Positions 35,196 to 47,717 of a stretch of DNA of 64,000 nucleotides are shown here, one piece after another. How positions within the stretch are numbered: position 1 is the first letter of the stretch; each line of letters starts with the position of its first letter. This stretch comes from Podarcis erhardii (lineage: Eukaryota): assembly GCA_964252035.1 (NCBI GenBank), contig OZ176200.1; one strand, 5' to 3'. The notes under the pieces were generated by a model. The model was not told the origin of the DNA, ran no database searches, and saw only the letters and a program-made list of their open reading frames with translations. The translations under genes were made by a program, and so were the position numbers.

Positions 35196-38042
35196 AATAG
35201 TTTCAAGCAGTGGTTGAATGCCTACCCCTGGTCTAAATCTTACCCTAGAGTAGGTGCCCAAATCTCTAGTCACAGGTAGTTTTAAATGCTTTATCAACCA
35301 GACTTGCCTAGCAGATGGCTTCAAGCTCTATTGTCTGAGGGGATCACATATCCTTAAAGTACATAAGATGGAAGATGATATACCATTAGTTGCAGTTAAA
35401 CAAATACAAGGCCCTGAATCATTTGACATCCTTTTACAGTTGCCTAGTCTTTGCTGTCCAAGAGAAGCCACAAGATATATTATTTCTGAGCTAGTTGCTA
35501 AACCCAAAGCCAAACTTGTCTCAGAACCTGTTTGCGGGGGAGATCTTCCTCCACTCATTGATAGGCAGCTGGCTGGTTGCAGTGGCTTTTTCACCTAAAG
35601 AACAGTGTGAAAATGCATGTGCACCACAAAGAAAGCTAAGGCTGCATCTGCTCCCTCCACTGCCACCACACTGACATGAAAAAAAACATGAGGGGTTTGG
35701 AGGTATATTGTTCTCTAGATAATGGACTGTGAAGTGCAGGCCTCATTCAAGAGTTCCATACAGATGCTGGCACAATGATTGCATCAATGGCTGAGCAAGC
35801 CTTTTGTCCAGATCCTGTGGCTTGGTTTTAAATTGGTGCAGGAGTGACGTACAATCGATCAATGCCACAATGCAGATTGCAAGGGCTGGTTGCACATCGG
35901 CGCATAATGATGTTAAACTAACCTGCTGCTTTGTTCCTGTGTGAAAACAGATAGGGGGAAAAAAAGATGAATTGTGAATAATCAGTGGAGTTATCTTGGA
36001 TGCTGTGATTGCTGGCCATTATTCCTGTATTTTCAAGGGATATTTCTAATGTGTAGGCTCAATGCTTGTTCCTGGTTTCATAGACCAGGGATCCAGATAT
36101 GCTTTATGCAAACAAGCTCAATATATTTTAATTGTTATCGCAGCCAAATAATAATGTATGCTTGTTCAATACATTAATTCAAAGTGAGTATCTTTATTTA
36201 AATCACTGATTTAAGACTGTCTTTTTATTGGTGATGTAATTCATATTTCTAACAGCCTTAATTTAAATCAATCCACCTTGGGGGGAGGGGGAAAGGACAT
36301 TTAAACATGGAATCCAATTGTAAAAGAGTAAAGAACAGAGGGCAGGAGAAAGAAATGTTTAAGATTAAGGAAGCAAATATTTAGAAAACTAAGATTCAAT
36401 CTCAAAAAAGGGAAGGGGGAGCAAGAAAAGAAAATATAACAAGAGGAGCATGAGTGAGATATGTTGAAGGAACAAGAGAAAATTAAAGTAACACATTTGT
36501 CAAAGTAGGAGCAGTTAGCAGCTGTTGCATGGCAGATAGATTCCACCAAAATAGGAGACAACATCATTAGGAGAAAGGCAAGTTGGCATGGCAGGGTTAG
36601 GAGATGAATAAAGAGAAATAATATTTGACAAAAGGTGGCAAGGATTAGATGATGAGCAAAAAATTTGGGGTGTGGGGGGAGAAGCAGAAAGAAAAATAAG
36701 TATTTTGTGACCAAATATTCAAACATGACCACTGGAAACCAAGAGAAATGAAGAGCTGTTGCCAAAGGAGATCAGTGGACAGGTTAGAAGAAAAGTGAAG
36801 GAAAAGAATGAGCTGTAAATGAACTGACTGCTCTGCAAGGGAACACAGAAGAATAGGTGGGGAAAGAAATCAAGGGCAGAAGAATAGATTAGGAAGAAGA
36901 AGAAAAAGAATCCAACTCAATACAAAACTAAGCAAGGGAGTAGTTGAATTTAGAAGTAGAAATCACAGAGGTAATTAAATTGTAGTTAGGAAGAGGAAGA
37001 CAGAATTGCAAAGACAGCACTGCAAAGTAATAACTAAATCTAGAGCAATCTTGGGGAACTAGGGGATTTCCATGGAACTGTAGGGAAGCCAGTATGTGCC
37101 AATATTTACAAAGGCGGACAATCTTTGGTGTAGAGGAATAATAGATTGGCTTCCGCATGATCAAAAAGATGCTAAGTGCTTAAAACATAAATAGCCACCA
37201 GGCACCACATTATGGTGGAAACTAGTTCTTTTCCAGCAAATAGACTTTTTGATACTTTGATGATGGTGATGATATTTCTTTCACATTTCTGGTTTTCATA
37301 CTATGGTTATTACAGAAGAGAAGGCTTTCTTAGTGATCAGGCACTAACCTGGGGCTTGCAAGTCTAGCTTTATTGACTTCAGTCTCATGGATGGAAAAGA
37401 CGGCATCTGCCTGAACTCTGGGGACTTTCTTCAGAGTTTTCCCAGGCAGCTGCTACCAGCTGGGCTCACTAGGCTGAGAAAGTGATAAACCACGAATGAG
37501 TTAGTTGGGTGTTGTGTCTGGAGAAAACCTTTTCCGTGTGTTCTTTGGGAGTGCAGCCATTAGCTGCTGTGCCACAGATTTCCTGTGTGGCCTTGGAAAA
37601 ACCTGCTCTGTGTAACATGTGAGATAAAAGTAACATTTCCACCTCACTCTAATGCTGTGAACAGTGATATGCTCAGGACTGCAGGTGTTCTTCCCCTGCC
37701 CACCCCCTAATATTCTTAAGAGGGTCTCTTCTCCAGTCTTCAGAGAGTAGCTGGAAGTGGCGAGGCAGAAAAAGGTCCTCCTTTCCTTCCACACTGCAGT
37801 TTTAATCTGAAAACTTAGGCGCAGTACTACACCCAGAGCTCAGAAACCACTCACGCTATTGAAATTCCCTGTCGCAAAATGCACCTAGAACAATGGGAGT
37901 TTCTAACATTGCACTTGACCCTATGCAAATTGCCATAACAAACCTTCTTTATGTAGCTTGAGAGACAAAGTGCAAAATTTCCAACTGTACCTGTGGTCCA
38001 GCAAATTCCCAACAAATCATTTGCAATGAGCATGGGGTAGAG

Positions 38043-38178
38043 CAGTGTTTCCCAACCTTGGGCCTCCAGCTGTTTTTGAACTACAATTCCCATCATCCCT
38101 GACCACTGGTCTTGCTAGCTAGGGATGATGGGAGTTGTAGTCCAAAAACAGCTGGAGGCCCAAGGTTGGGAAACACTG
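38043..38178. mobile_element. 136-bp palindromic hAT MITE with perfect TSD
   Basis: TIRs CAGTGTTTCCCAACCTTGGG / CCCAAGGTTGGGAAACACTG; GGGTAGAG at 38035-38042 and 38179-38186. Confidence 0.96.
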
Positions 38179-38691
38179 GGGTAGAGTACAGACTGGGAGA
38201 AATGATGTTGGTTGCACAAAGAATGACTGGGTGAATCCAGCCTCTCTAATGGCCTAAACAAGACAAGGATTAAGAAAGCTGTCTTCTGTGACATTTAAAA
38301 GCATGCTCTTATTTCTCTTGGATGGTGTGAGGTAGGATTATTTAATGTCTCCAAGATGCTTTAAGATGCTTAAATAGAAAGGTTGATTCATGAGTAGCTT
38401 GACTGCTAAAACGGAGCCTGCATGTGGAGTAGTCCTAACCCTTTTCTGCTGACACCCAGGTGGTGCCCCTGTGATGTCCTAATCACTTGTAACCTTTCTA
38501 TCATATGTTTTAAAAGAGTGAGAGAGGCAGGAGCCAAGTGTTCTCTCCATATTAGATTCCATATCTGCTCTCAGGTTATAGGACACTTTTACTGGAGTTT
38601 TGGGTGCTCTGCGGATGCCCTAAAAAAAAAAAAGCTCAACAACTTTGATTTACCCCCGAAAGCTCCAAGAGTCACTGCTTGCATTACCAGA

Positions 38692-38748
38692 GTTTGGACT
38701 AGATAATCCTTGTGGTCCCTTCCATCTCTATAGTTATATCATTCTGTG
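38692..38748 (+). mobile_element. CR1-type 3' tail fragment
   Basis: gtttggactagataatccttgtggtcccttccatctcta..attctgtg matches the CR1 terminus. Confidence 0.65.
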
Positions 38749-39789
38749 CTTGGTAATCTTGTCTAAACCCTCCAGGAAATCTACAGCTCTGGCCAGCCTC
38801 AGGATTTTTGACCAGATCTCCTATTGGAGAGAGCACTTATAAGTAATCTGAGAACTCTTTCCGCCCACGCTGTCCCGCATACAGATGCACTCCCTCTCTT
38901 AATTCCACTCATGCCAAGATAATACCACTCCTAGGCCATATAGCTTGACAAATAAAAGAACCACAACTGTACAAGGCCAGGACTTTTGTTATTCCCTGAC
39001 CCTCCACTTGCTTGATCTGATGCTAGAAGGGCAACTAGCATGTGTTAATAGCAAAGCCAACCCAATCATCAGTCATGTCTGGAATCCTGCTTGTGGCCTT
39101 TGCATTTTTTGCATTAAGCTATGTTGACTTCTTAAGATTAAAAGAGGTTTTAAGGCCACTATTGTGGCTGAGAGGTCTGTTCCCCCCCCCCATTCCTTTG
39201 AAGGATTGCTTAAACCCCCGTTTAGATTAAGGAAATTAACTATTTAATTGGATATTTAACCCCCACCCCTGTTCCAGTGGGACTCAGGCAGACTTAATGT
39301 TTCTTTATTCTATCCAATAAATTAGCTTATACAGCCTTTGCAAGATCATGCTCATAATGAGGCCTGTATCTCTGAAACAAAAGCTTGTTGGGATAGGAGG
39401 ACGTGTGCCAAGAGTAATATCAGATGCTGGGCCCTCCTTCCCTCAATGAATCCCCACTGGCATTCTTAATAGACCCTGCATGCTTGCTTGCATTTTCCTG
39501 AACAAAACTAGCAGTGAATCTGCTGACAGTTAAATTCCCTCCGCCTGTATTTTCTAGTAAGGCTGTTAGAGATAAGAGCAGCCTGGGTCTGAGCAGATTT
39601 CTCAGAGCCCCAATCCCTCCCAGCTGAAAATGGGCATAATAGCAAGTAAATGAATGGCATGTTTCTCCATCTGCAAAGATTTTAAAACCTCAAGGGGGAC
39701 GTTTTTGCTGAAATGAATGGGAGCTGTGCAAGAGCTTAGCAGTGCCCAGTGGACTGAGCCCTAAGACAGAGCTACTGCTCCAACATGGC

Positions 39790-40043
39790 AAGAAGAAGAA
39801 GAAGAGTTTGGATTTGATATCCCGCCTTTCACTCCCTTTAAGGAGTCTCAAAGCGGCTAACATTCTTCTTTCCCTTCCTCCCCCACAACAAACACTCTGT
39901 GAGGTGAGTGGGGCTGAGAGACTTCAGAGAAGTGTGACTGGCCCAAGGTCACCCAGCAGCTGCATGTGGAGGAGCGGAGACGCGAACCCGGTTCCCCAGA
40001 TTACAAGACTACCGTTCTTAACCACTACACCACACTGGCTCTC
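39790..40043 (-). mobile_element. Squam1-type SINE
   Basis: (GAA)n tail at left, body gtgaggtgagtggggctgagagacttcag.., tRNA-derived head reversed at right (ttaaccactacaccacactggctctc). Confidence 0.92.
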
Positions 40044-40926
40044 AGGTATTACTGAGAGGGTATTACTTAAATTAGGAAGTGGTAGGGCACAACCCTGCAC
40101 TACATGACCTCCTTCCTATGACACCCTACAGCATAGTGACAACTGGCAACCGCATCACTCTGCAATATAGATTACAACAGGGCAAGAAGTGATGCAGTGA
40201 TGCATAGCACATGTATGACCAATTCACACCACAGTACAGATTATTTAGCACATGCCCAGTGTAAAATCAACCCATAGCTTTGTGCTCCAGGACATGCAAC
40301 CTTGTTTCTTTGTCTCTTGCATCTATTGGGAGACAAAAAAAGCAAGCAAAAAACAACAAACCCCCTCCCTGCCTGACACGCTGAGTGCTGGCTATTCTTA
40401 GCTTTTCTTCTGAGTATTCAGAAAAACACATTAGGGAAGGAGGAAATTATAGCTCAATAGCATGCATAAGGGTGCCAGGCTCAGTTTCTGACATCTTCAG
40501 TTAAAAGATCATGAGCACAATAGATCTGATGGCAGCAGACCTGTATGCTTAAATGTGGCTCTACCCCCAACCACATGGAAGAAGGAAGAGGTTGTTTTTT
40601 AGGGACAAATACATGGCAGCCCGGTGTTCACAGCTTACCTGTCCACAGTTTCTGTGATGGTTCTCTCCTTCTTTCCTTCTCAGCTAAACTCCAGTAGCAG
40701 GAGTGTGCTCAACTGAGAAAAGTGCTTGAAGAGTAAGGACCACAGGGACATAAGCTGCAAGCAAGGGGAGGATTCTGCACTCATTTTGCTGTTAAAAACA
40801 GACCGTTCACTCCCTCTTTCTGCAGTTCTGTCTTGAGGGGGTTGAGTGGAGAGATCTATATCTAAATGCACAGATCTGCCACTGCCAGAGCTAGTTTGAA
40901 CCTTAGCCTTAGAGAGCCTCTACCAG

Positions 40927-41073
40927 CAGTGGCGTAGCGTGGGTTGTCAGCACCCGGGGCAAGGCAAGTAATTTGCGCCCCCTAACCCGTGGATTTGCGC
41001 CCCCTAACCCTAACCCGCAGATGTTGCGCCCGGTGTGGCCGGCCCCCCCTGCACCCCCCACGCTACGCCACTG
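40927..41073. mobile_element. 147-bp hAT MITE with perfect 8-bp TSD (opposite orientation to 24816 copy)
   Basis: Same TIRs as 24816-24962; TCTACCAG at 40919-40926 and 41074-41081. Confidence 0.95.
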
Positions 41074-43044
41074 TCTACCAGTCAGAATACACAATTCTGT
41101 CCTCTAGATGGACCAGTTGACTCAACTCGGCATAACACTGCTTTATCCATTTGCAGCAATACAACAAGCTGTGTAGAGGATGACTTCTTTTGTCTAGTCT
41201 TTCCAGATGCCCAGGTCTTGACTCCTGGATTATCTGCCAACACCCCTCATTCCACGAAAAAATAGAGAATTACATATGCTTATATACACACTTCCCAACC
41301 CCGTAATTTATGCTTCATGGTGAAATTGATGCAATTGTGGTGCGGGGCGGGGGGGGGGGGGTGAGGGAGGCAGCTAGGAGTAACCAGAGCTCATGTGCAC
41401 CTGTGCTAATCTTGTTTCGTTCATTCTGATTTAATATCCCAGTTGAGGGGTGATGTCATGCCACAAAGAGCCACAGAGGAAGTGGTGTTGCAAAGTGCAT
41501 TTAACTCCTCACATCCTGAATGGACAAGACTTGGTGATTTAAAAAAAAAAAATTCTAGTATTTATCTGGCAGCAGAAATACTGTTGTTCACAAATATTAT
41601 TAGTGTTTAGGGATTGGGGGTTTTTTTGTTTAGTTAGTTGCCAGATTCTGCAGGGAAAGCAAAAAATATACCCTGAGAAGCATTAGATCAGAAGGCTGTC
41701 TCAAGGAAGATGCTTGTGTGAACTGTATGGTCAGACTTTACCTTCTGATAAGAGTATCCAGGAACAGTATTTTATGTAAAAGGTGGCTTTTCATTTGTGC
41801 CTGGCGCGAGGTGGAAAACACAAGTCCTTTGTCAAACAATTTTTTGTCAAACTGTATTATAAATTGGTGCTTAAGCAAATATTTCCTCCTACTGAACCTT
41901 TGTAGCTTTTCCCAATTTAGTTGTGTCAATCCAATATAAGATGTGCAATTTGGAAAGTAAGCTTCACAGAATCTCGCTACTAAACATCAGTGTTTCAGAA
42001 GAAGCCATTATCACCAATATGTCCTTGCTGCTCAGTTTTGGGAAGCTGATCAGAACAAGAACAAGCCTGAAGCTCTAAGCTAGAACAAGATCTGTTTGAT
42101 TCAGGTGCTGCTTGCTATGCCATGTTCTGCAACGTCTGGGGGGGGGGGGGATCACTGTGATCTGTTCAGAAATGAGATCCTGCCATCTATCTCAGCCGCC
42201 CACCCAGTATATGGGCTCGCTTTCCTAATTAGTATTGTACACGGGGCCGCTTTATCGGCCATCCACTTGGGCATGAAATAGAAAAGAGCTCTGTGTGCAT
42301 GCGTGGGAGCCACAAAGAGAGAGGCAGACTACTGAAACGCAGCATGACTTTGACGTAGGTCTGTTTCAAGTACAAAGGCCTGCAGCTATGTATGCTGTGA
42401 TTCAGCTGGAGATTACGGATGACGGACCAGGGGAACAGGGATCTACCACTAACAGACCGGCGCAGTCGAAGGATCCTAGGAGTGATTTCCTAAGCCACTG
42501 ATTTTCAGATTGTTCCAGAGGGAACACTAGGGTGAGGATCCTCAATGAGAAGATCACTCAGGGCTTTCCTGAAAGGCTGCTTTTACCCAATGTCACAATT
42601 CTTCCCTCTGAATATGCGGTTTTCAGCAAAGTCTTGGATGTGTTTGAGGCTGATAGTCTTCAATCTTAATAGATCCAGGTCCTATCTTTAAATGAAATGT
42701 ACATTGGGGGCACGTCCCGCTTCTTAATTATTATTTTTTAACATATATTTGTGTGGTGGCAGTGCCGTTGGTGCAACCCAACTTAGTATCCTAGGTCACA
42801 TTCTGATTTCACTCAGGGTAGCAGGGAGACCCGACACATCCAGCCACTGCCCTGAAGAAACTGAGGGTGTGCTCTAGAAAATGCCCTAAATTTGTCTACA
42901 GCACACTGGGTTATCCCGGCAGCCATAGCAAGGCTTCCTTGGCAGAGAGGTCAACACAGAAAATGTACCAAAAGGTAGGCAATTTGAAGAAACACTGCTC
43001 TGGGCAACGCTTTCCCCGCAGTCACTTCTAAACCTACAACACCA

Positions 43045-43215
43045 CTGGCAACTGCCGTTTCTCAGATGACAAGCGTTGCTCACATGTGGCTGCTAAAGAT
43101 CCCGGGGGGGTATTTATAAAAGAGGAGTAAAATTAGCCCATAGCATCCTGGCCAAATTCCAGTGCAGGTAATTTATTTCCTGCCTTCCTAGAATTACATG
43201 CACACACATTCTCTT

Positions 43216-43259
<44 letters not shown>

Positions 43260-43286
43260 CACCCCCACCCCCTGCAGATTCAATTT
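43045..43286 (+). mobile_element. AmnSINE1/DeuSINE central (Deu) domain relic interrupted by a (CT)n microsatellite
   Basis: Ordered motifs ctgccgtttctcagatga, TAAAGATCCC (43094), TCCTGGCCAAATTCC (43146), ggtaattt..ctgccttcct, CCCCTGCAGATTCAATT (43269) match my recollection of the Deu-domain consensus; not checked against a library. Confidence 0.7.
43212..43258. repeat. (CT)n microsatellite
   Basis: Direct reading; lies inside the AmnSINE1 relic. Confidence 0.9.
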
Positions 43287-44065
43287 ATTTTATTTAGCAT
43301 GGTGTGTTTATCTGCTGCTCTCCCGTCACTAAGATACTTGGTTGCTTTGTAATCATTTAAAAATCTGCAGGCTGGAATCAGCCTATGCTGCTTGCTCATG
43401 CAGCTGGGAGGCGACAGCCTCCTAAAACGTTAAAGGGTAATGTGAAAAATAGTTTATCCTGTTGGTGAGTTACTGGGGATTGACAGTAGACAGGACATGT
43501 GAATCGGCTGGTGCCCCCGCCCCCCCCCCAAAAAAAACACCAGTACTGAAAGATATGCACAGTAATCGGAAGAGAAATGGTGAATGGTAAATCCACCCTC
43601 TGTTTACTATTATAGTAAAGGCTGAAGGAATGAAGCGATTAATGGATATGATAAATGAGCTGATTCATTAAACTCAGATTTAAAATGTGGGGTTTTTATT
43701 GGAGCGTGCAGCACACTCGATTTGGTGCTCAGTGCTGATGACAGCGCTGTTGAAAGCATTGCATGTCTCAGGATTTCAGCAGGGCGTTTATTTCCCAAAG
43801 GGAAAACAATGCAATGTTGTTGGTTAGTCCGCAGAATTGTTCGCCTTCATTTCAATATCCACAAAACAGCACACTTCTTTGAGTATGTTAATATTTATTT
43901 CAGTCAGTTGATTAGCTAACCTAGTAATAGGTGGAGAGCCCTAGCCCTTTGCAGAGAGACCACACACAATGCTTCATGCACCAAGGGTTGGGGGCAGACG
44001 GCAGGACTGCAACAAAGGAGTGAGCCAAGTGTGACAAGGGAGGCGGGTTTAAAAGCCATTAAAAG

Positions 44066-44190
44066 CAGGGGTGGGAATGCTGATGATGGACTCCAGTACC
44101 ATCAGCCCCAGCCAGTGTGGCCAGTGGTCAGGAATGATGGGAGTTGTAGTGCAACACTACCTGGAGGGATCACAGGTTCTCTAGCCTTTC
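44066..44190. mobile_element. Degenerate palindromic MITE
   Basis: caggggtggg..tggtcaggaatgatgggagttgtagt..ctggagg; flanks attaaaag / attagatg (6/8). Confidence 0.6.
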
Positions 44191-44740
44191 ATTAGATGCC
44201 AGGGAAACGCCTGTCTTTGTAATAGGTAACTGAGCAGGGAAGTTTATAGATTCTAGGGACTAATCATAAAAAGATGAATTTTACACACCCAGACAATCTG
44301 TGTCAGCAGAGGTCCAGTGTTATCCCCAAGAGTGTTGCTTTATTTTTATTTTTGCTAATGAATAGAATTGTTGCCTTTCCCGTCCTCTAGAGGACAGAAG
44401 GGGACATGGCACCAGAAGCCCATCATCTGTAACCAAGGCAAACGGCGAAGGAGCTTGCTTTTATATGCATCTAGTATCTAATGCTCTTGTGGGAGCTTAG
44501 GGTCTTAATATGTAACATTATGCATTTATATTATGTGAGAATAAAATATAAGGTTTCCCTTCAGTGTGGAAGAATGGGGTTTAATTGTCCTCTTTACCAC
44601 AGGGTCATTATTTGACTTTGGGACTTTGCTTCCAGTTCTCTGATTCAGTTCCCTATCTGCAGAATTTTCATAAAAATCAGTTTGTGGGAAAATGGGGATA
44701 GTTGCTGAATAACATTATTCCCTCCATTCTCTTTCTCCAG

Positions 44741-44907
44741 GGGGCTTTGCCACCTTCTCATCTTGCTTCCCAGGACTCTGCGAAGGGAAACCTACTGCTA
44801 TCCTGCCAATGAGCATCTCCCAGCCATGCATGCCAGTGGCCAATGTTGGCCCAACTCGCATCTTGCCTCATCTCTACCTAGGCTCCCAGAAAGATGTCTT
44901 AAATAAG
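44741..44907 (+). CDS. DUSP8: DUSP8 coding exon (end of rhodanese domain, linker, start of catalytic domain)
   Basis: Acceptor ctttctccAG, donor AAG|GTacat; 167 nt, phase 1 to 0. Translates (G)GFATFSSCFPGLCEGKPTAILPMSISQPCMPVANVGPTRILPHLYLGSQKDVLNK. Confidence 0.98.
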
Positions 44908-44935
44908 GTACATCATGTAAAGAAGAAGAAGTGAA

Positions 44936-44977
44936 GGGAGGGAGGGAGGGAGGGAGGGAGGGAGGGAGGGAGGGAGG
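44936..44977. repeat. (GGGA)n tetranucleotide repeat just downstream of the exon 44907 donor
   Basis: Direct reading. Confidence 0.95.
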
Positions 44978-45052
44978 TGTAGCTTGCGTTAAAGAAACCC
45001 TTCCCCTTAAGACTTGGGAGAGCAGGTGGGTCACCTGTGTGGGAAACTATAT

Positions 45053-45288
45053 CATGGGTAGGCAAACTAACATCTGGGGGCTGGATCCAGCCCAATCGCT
45101 TTCTCAATCCGGCCCGCAGATGGTCTTTTTACATGAGTAGAATGTGTGCTTTTATTTAAAACGCATCTCTGGGTTATTTGTGGGGCATAAGAATTCATTC
45201 ATTTTTGTTCCAAAATATAGTCTGGCCCCCCCACAAGGTCTGAGGGACAGTGGACCAGCCCCCCACTGAAAAAGTTTGCTGACCCCTG
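45053..45288 (+). mobile_element. Lacertid hAT (Charlie-like) non-autonomous element in DUSP8 intron
   Basis: catgggtaggcaaacta..gaaaaagtttgctgacccctg; same family as 18378. Confidence 0.88.
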
Positions 45289-46469
45289 CTGTATATTGTC
45301 TGATCAGGACAGGGGTAGGCCATTTTTGAATTGTGCAGCAAAACAGAGCTATAGACGTGAGCTCCCTTTTGAAGTGCTAAGGACATTAGCAGCAGGAGCA
45401 TCAAAACTGCAACGTTGACCCTGAGAGATCTTTATGACAGGGGAGCCAGCTGTTTCTTGCCAGAGCCCAGTGCCAGCCAAGCTAAAGAATAACACTGACC
45501 TCAACTCTTCCATGTCCAGCCTCAGAGCCAGAGGATGAGGTATTAAGCTTGGCATTCAACAGTGACTGATGGTGAGGTGAGGGCAAGGGAGAGTGTAGGG
45601 AACGGCAGCCCACATCTGCAAGCAAAGAACCCTTTGAGCAGGCCCCCAAATGGACAAAGATCTGCTTTGGGAGTTGGAGAGGGAAGGGAACAGGCAGCAT
45701 CCTCTCAAAGGACACCAGAATGCTTGGGCTATGATATCACATCGGGGAAGAGAATTTCATTGAAAGAAAAAATAATACAAGTTAGAAGAAGAAAGAAACC
45801 GCAGTTGTTGTGAACATACCAGTGGGCACAAATCCTGGGCAGGAGGGAGCCAGTTGGGCATTCCTGCCTTGGGGGGAGGGTTAGGTAGAAGCGCCAGAAC
45901 TAGAAACACTGAGAGGGGAAGGGGGAACATTTTACACAGGGAGTAGAAGGGAATGGGGGAGAAAAATGCCAGGAATGTGAGCTCGGGAGCTAGGCTGGCT
46001 CCTAGGGACCGAGGTGAGAGTTATTACACAGAGACTATTTGGAAAATGGAGCCACAGAACTCTGGGGGGGGGGGCGGGCATAGCATTGGGCATCAGTAGC
46101 TGAAAACAGGAGGAATGGAATATGAGTGGGAACCCCAAAGAACTTAGCTCTGGATATTTTCTGTAAAACTCTGCTTTTAGAAGTGAGTCTTGGCTTCCCT
46201 ACAGAAGTCCTGCTTTTTTTCATTTTGGCAGCAGCCAGTGGTTTTTACTGAATCTTCATTGACCTCAGGCAACAGTGCCCAGCTGGCGGCCCAAACAGCC
46301 CCCTCTGTGATAGCACAGCCATACATTGCAGGCTGGGCAGCCTAGTAGCCAATGGAGGAGAAAGAAGAGGAGGCAATGACATCCTCAGGGCCTCTGGAAG
46401 AATGGGTGAAAACATCCTACACTGGACTGCCAAACATCCATTGCTTCTCTCTTTCTCTCTCTCTCTCAG

Positions 46470-46629
46470 GACCTGATGACCCAGAATGGGATAAGCTATG
46501 TCCTCAACGCCAGCAACTCTTGTCCCAAGCCAGATTTCATATGTGACAGTCACTTCATGCGCATTCCAGTCAATGACAATTACTGTGAGAAGCTTCTGCC
46601 CTGGCTGGACAAGTCCATTGAATTCATTG
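46470..46629 (+). CDS. DUSP8: DUSP8 coding exon (catalytic domain)
   Basis: (CT)n pyrimidine tract plus cAG, donor TTG|GTaaga; 160 nt. Translates DLMTQNGISYVLNASNSCPKPDFICDSHFMRIPVNDNYCEKLLPWLDKSIEFI(D); residues match DUSP8 rather than DUSP16. Confidence 0.98.
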
Positions 46630-47593
46630 GTAAGACTGCGGACCAGCCACATTTGGGGCAGTTCATTAGTTCTTCTGGGCTGTAACCTTGGTTGCTGCAA
46701 TAGTGGCTGCGTGGTTCATTTTCCCCCATGCACATGCACGGACTTCTGGTTTTTGTTTTTTGTTTAACTCTGATGTGTTCAAAACACTCAGTCTGCCCTT
46801 GGGAGGCACACTTTCTCCCTTTGTACAAAACAACCATCCTGTCCCCAGACAGCAAAGCTACCAAGACCATTGTAAACCCATAGCATCACCTGAGGTATAG
46901 CTAACACCACTTGGGAGAACAGTTGCTGCTACAGAAAGAAATGTCTCTTGCTCTATCAAGGTGCTTTTCTTTATTAACAACAACTATGCTCTTTCTGGTT
47001 CCAAAGATGATTGATTAAATGAGACTGGGAGTTCAAATAGTAATTTTCTTCCTAGCAAATAGAGAGGGTGGGGAATTTTTTTTAAAAAAAGTCTCTTTAA
47101 AGCATATACTAGTGAATGGTTTGTTTTTTAAAAAAGAATAATAATCCGGTGCTTTATTAGCAACCCATTGCAGGCCAGGAAGTCCCTCCACTATTTCTCA
47201 TCAGATAAAACAGCAACATTATTGACAAGCCAAGAAGCCAAATAAACAACTCATGGTTTCTAGCTTCCACTTCTTGGTTGCACATATTTGACTTACTTAA
47301 ACCATTTAGATTTGTGTTTTTCCTCTATATTTACTCTTCCAATTTTGTTTAAAAGCATCTTCCTTCAGAGTCATTTCCAGAGAGGTAGCTGTGTTAGCAT
47401 GCAGCAGGAAAAACAACCAAGACACTTGTGGTGCCTTGTTCAAGCTTTTGTGAAGGGGCTTCTGGTCCACAAAAGCTTATGCTGCCATAAATCTTTGAGC
47501 CTTTGAGGCACTGCAAGTCTCTTTGTTGTTCAGAACAACGTCGATAGTAGAGTCCCAGAATATCGACCTGAAGGCTGTTTTCTCCTGCTGCAG

Positions 47594-47717
47594 ACAAGGC
47601 CAAGGTGTCCAGCTGCCAGGTGATCGTTCACTGCCTGGCAGGGATCTCCCGATCGGCCACCATTGCCATTGCATACATCATGAAGACCATGGGGATGTCT
47701 TCAGATGATGCCTACAG
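47594..47717 (+). CDS. DUSP8: DUSP8 coding exon containing the HCX5R active site
   Basis: Acceptor ctgctgcAG, donor CAG|GTaagt; 124 nt. Translates (D)KAKVSSCQVIVHCLAGISRSATIAIAYIMKTMGMSSDDAY(R). Confidence 0.99.

Noticed and set aside
36301-36765. 154-aa hydrophobic minus-strand ORF
   Set aside because: Artefact of pyrimidine-rich strand composition (Phe/Leu/Ser codons, few stops).
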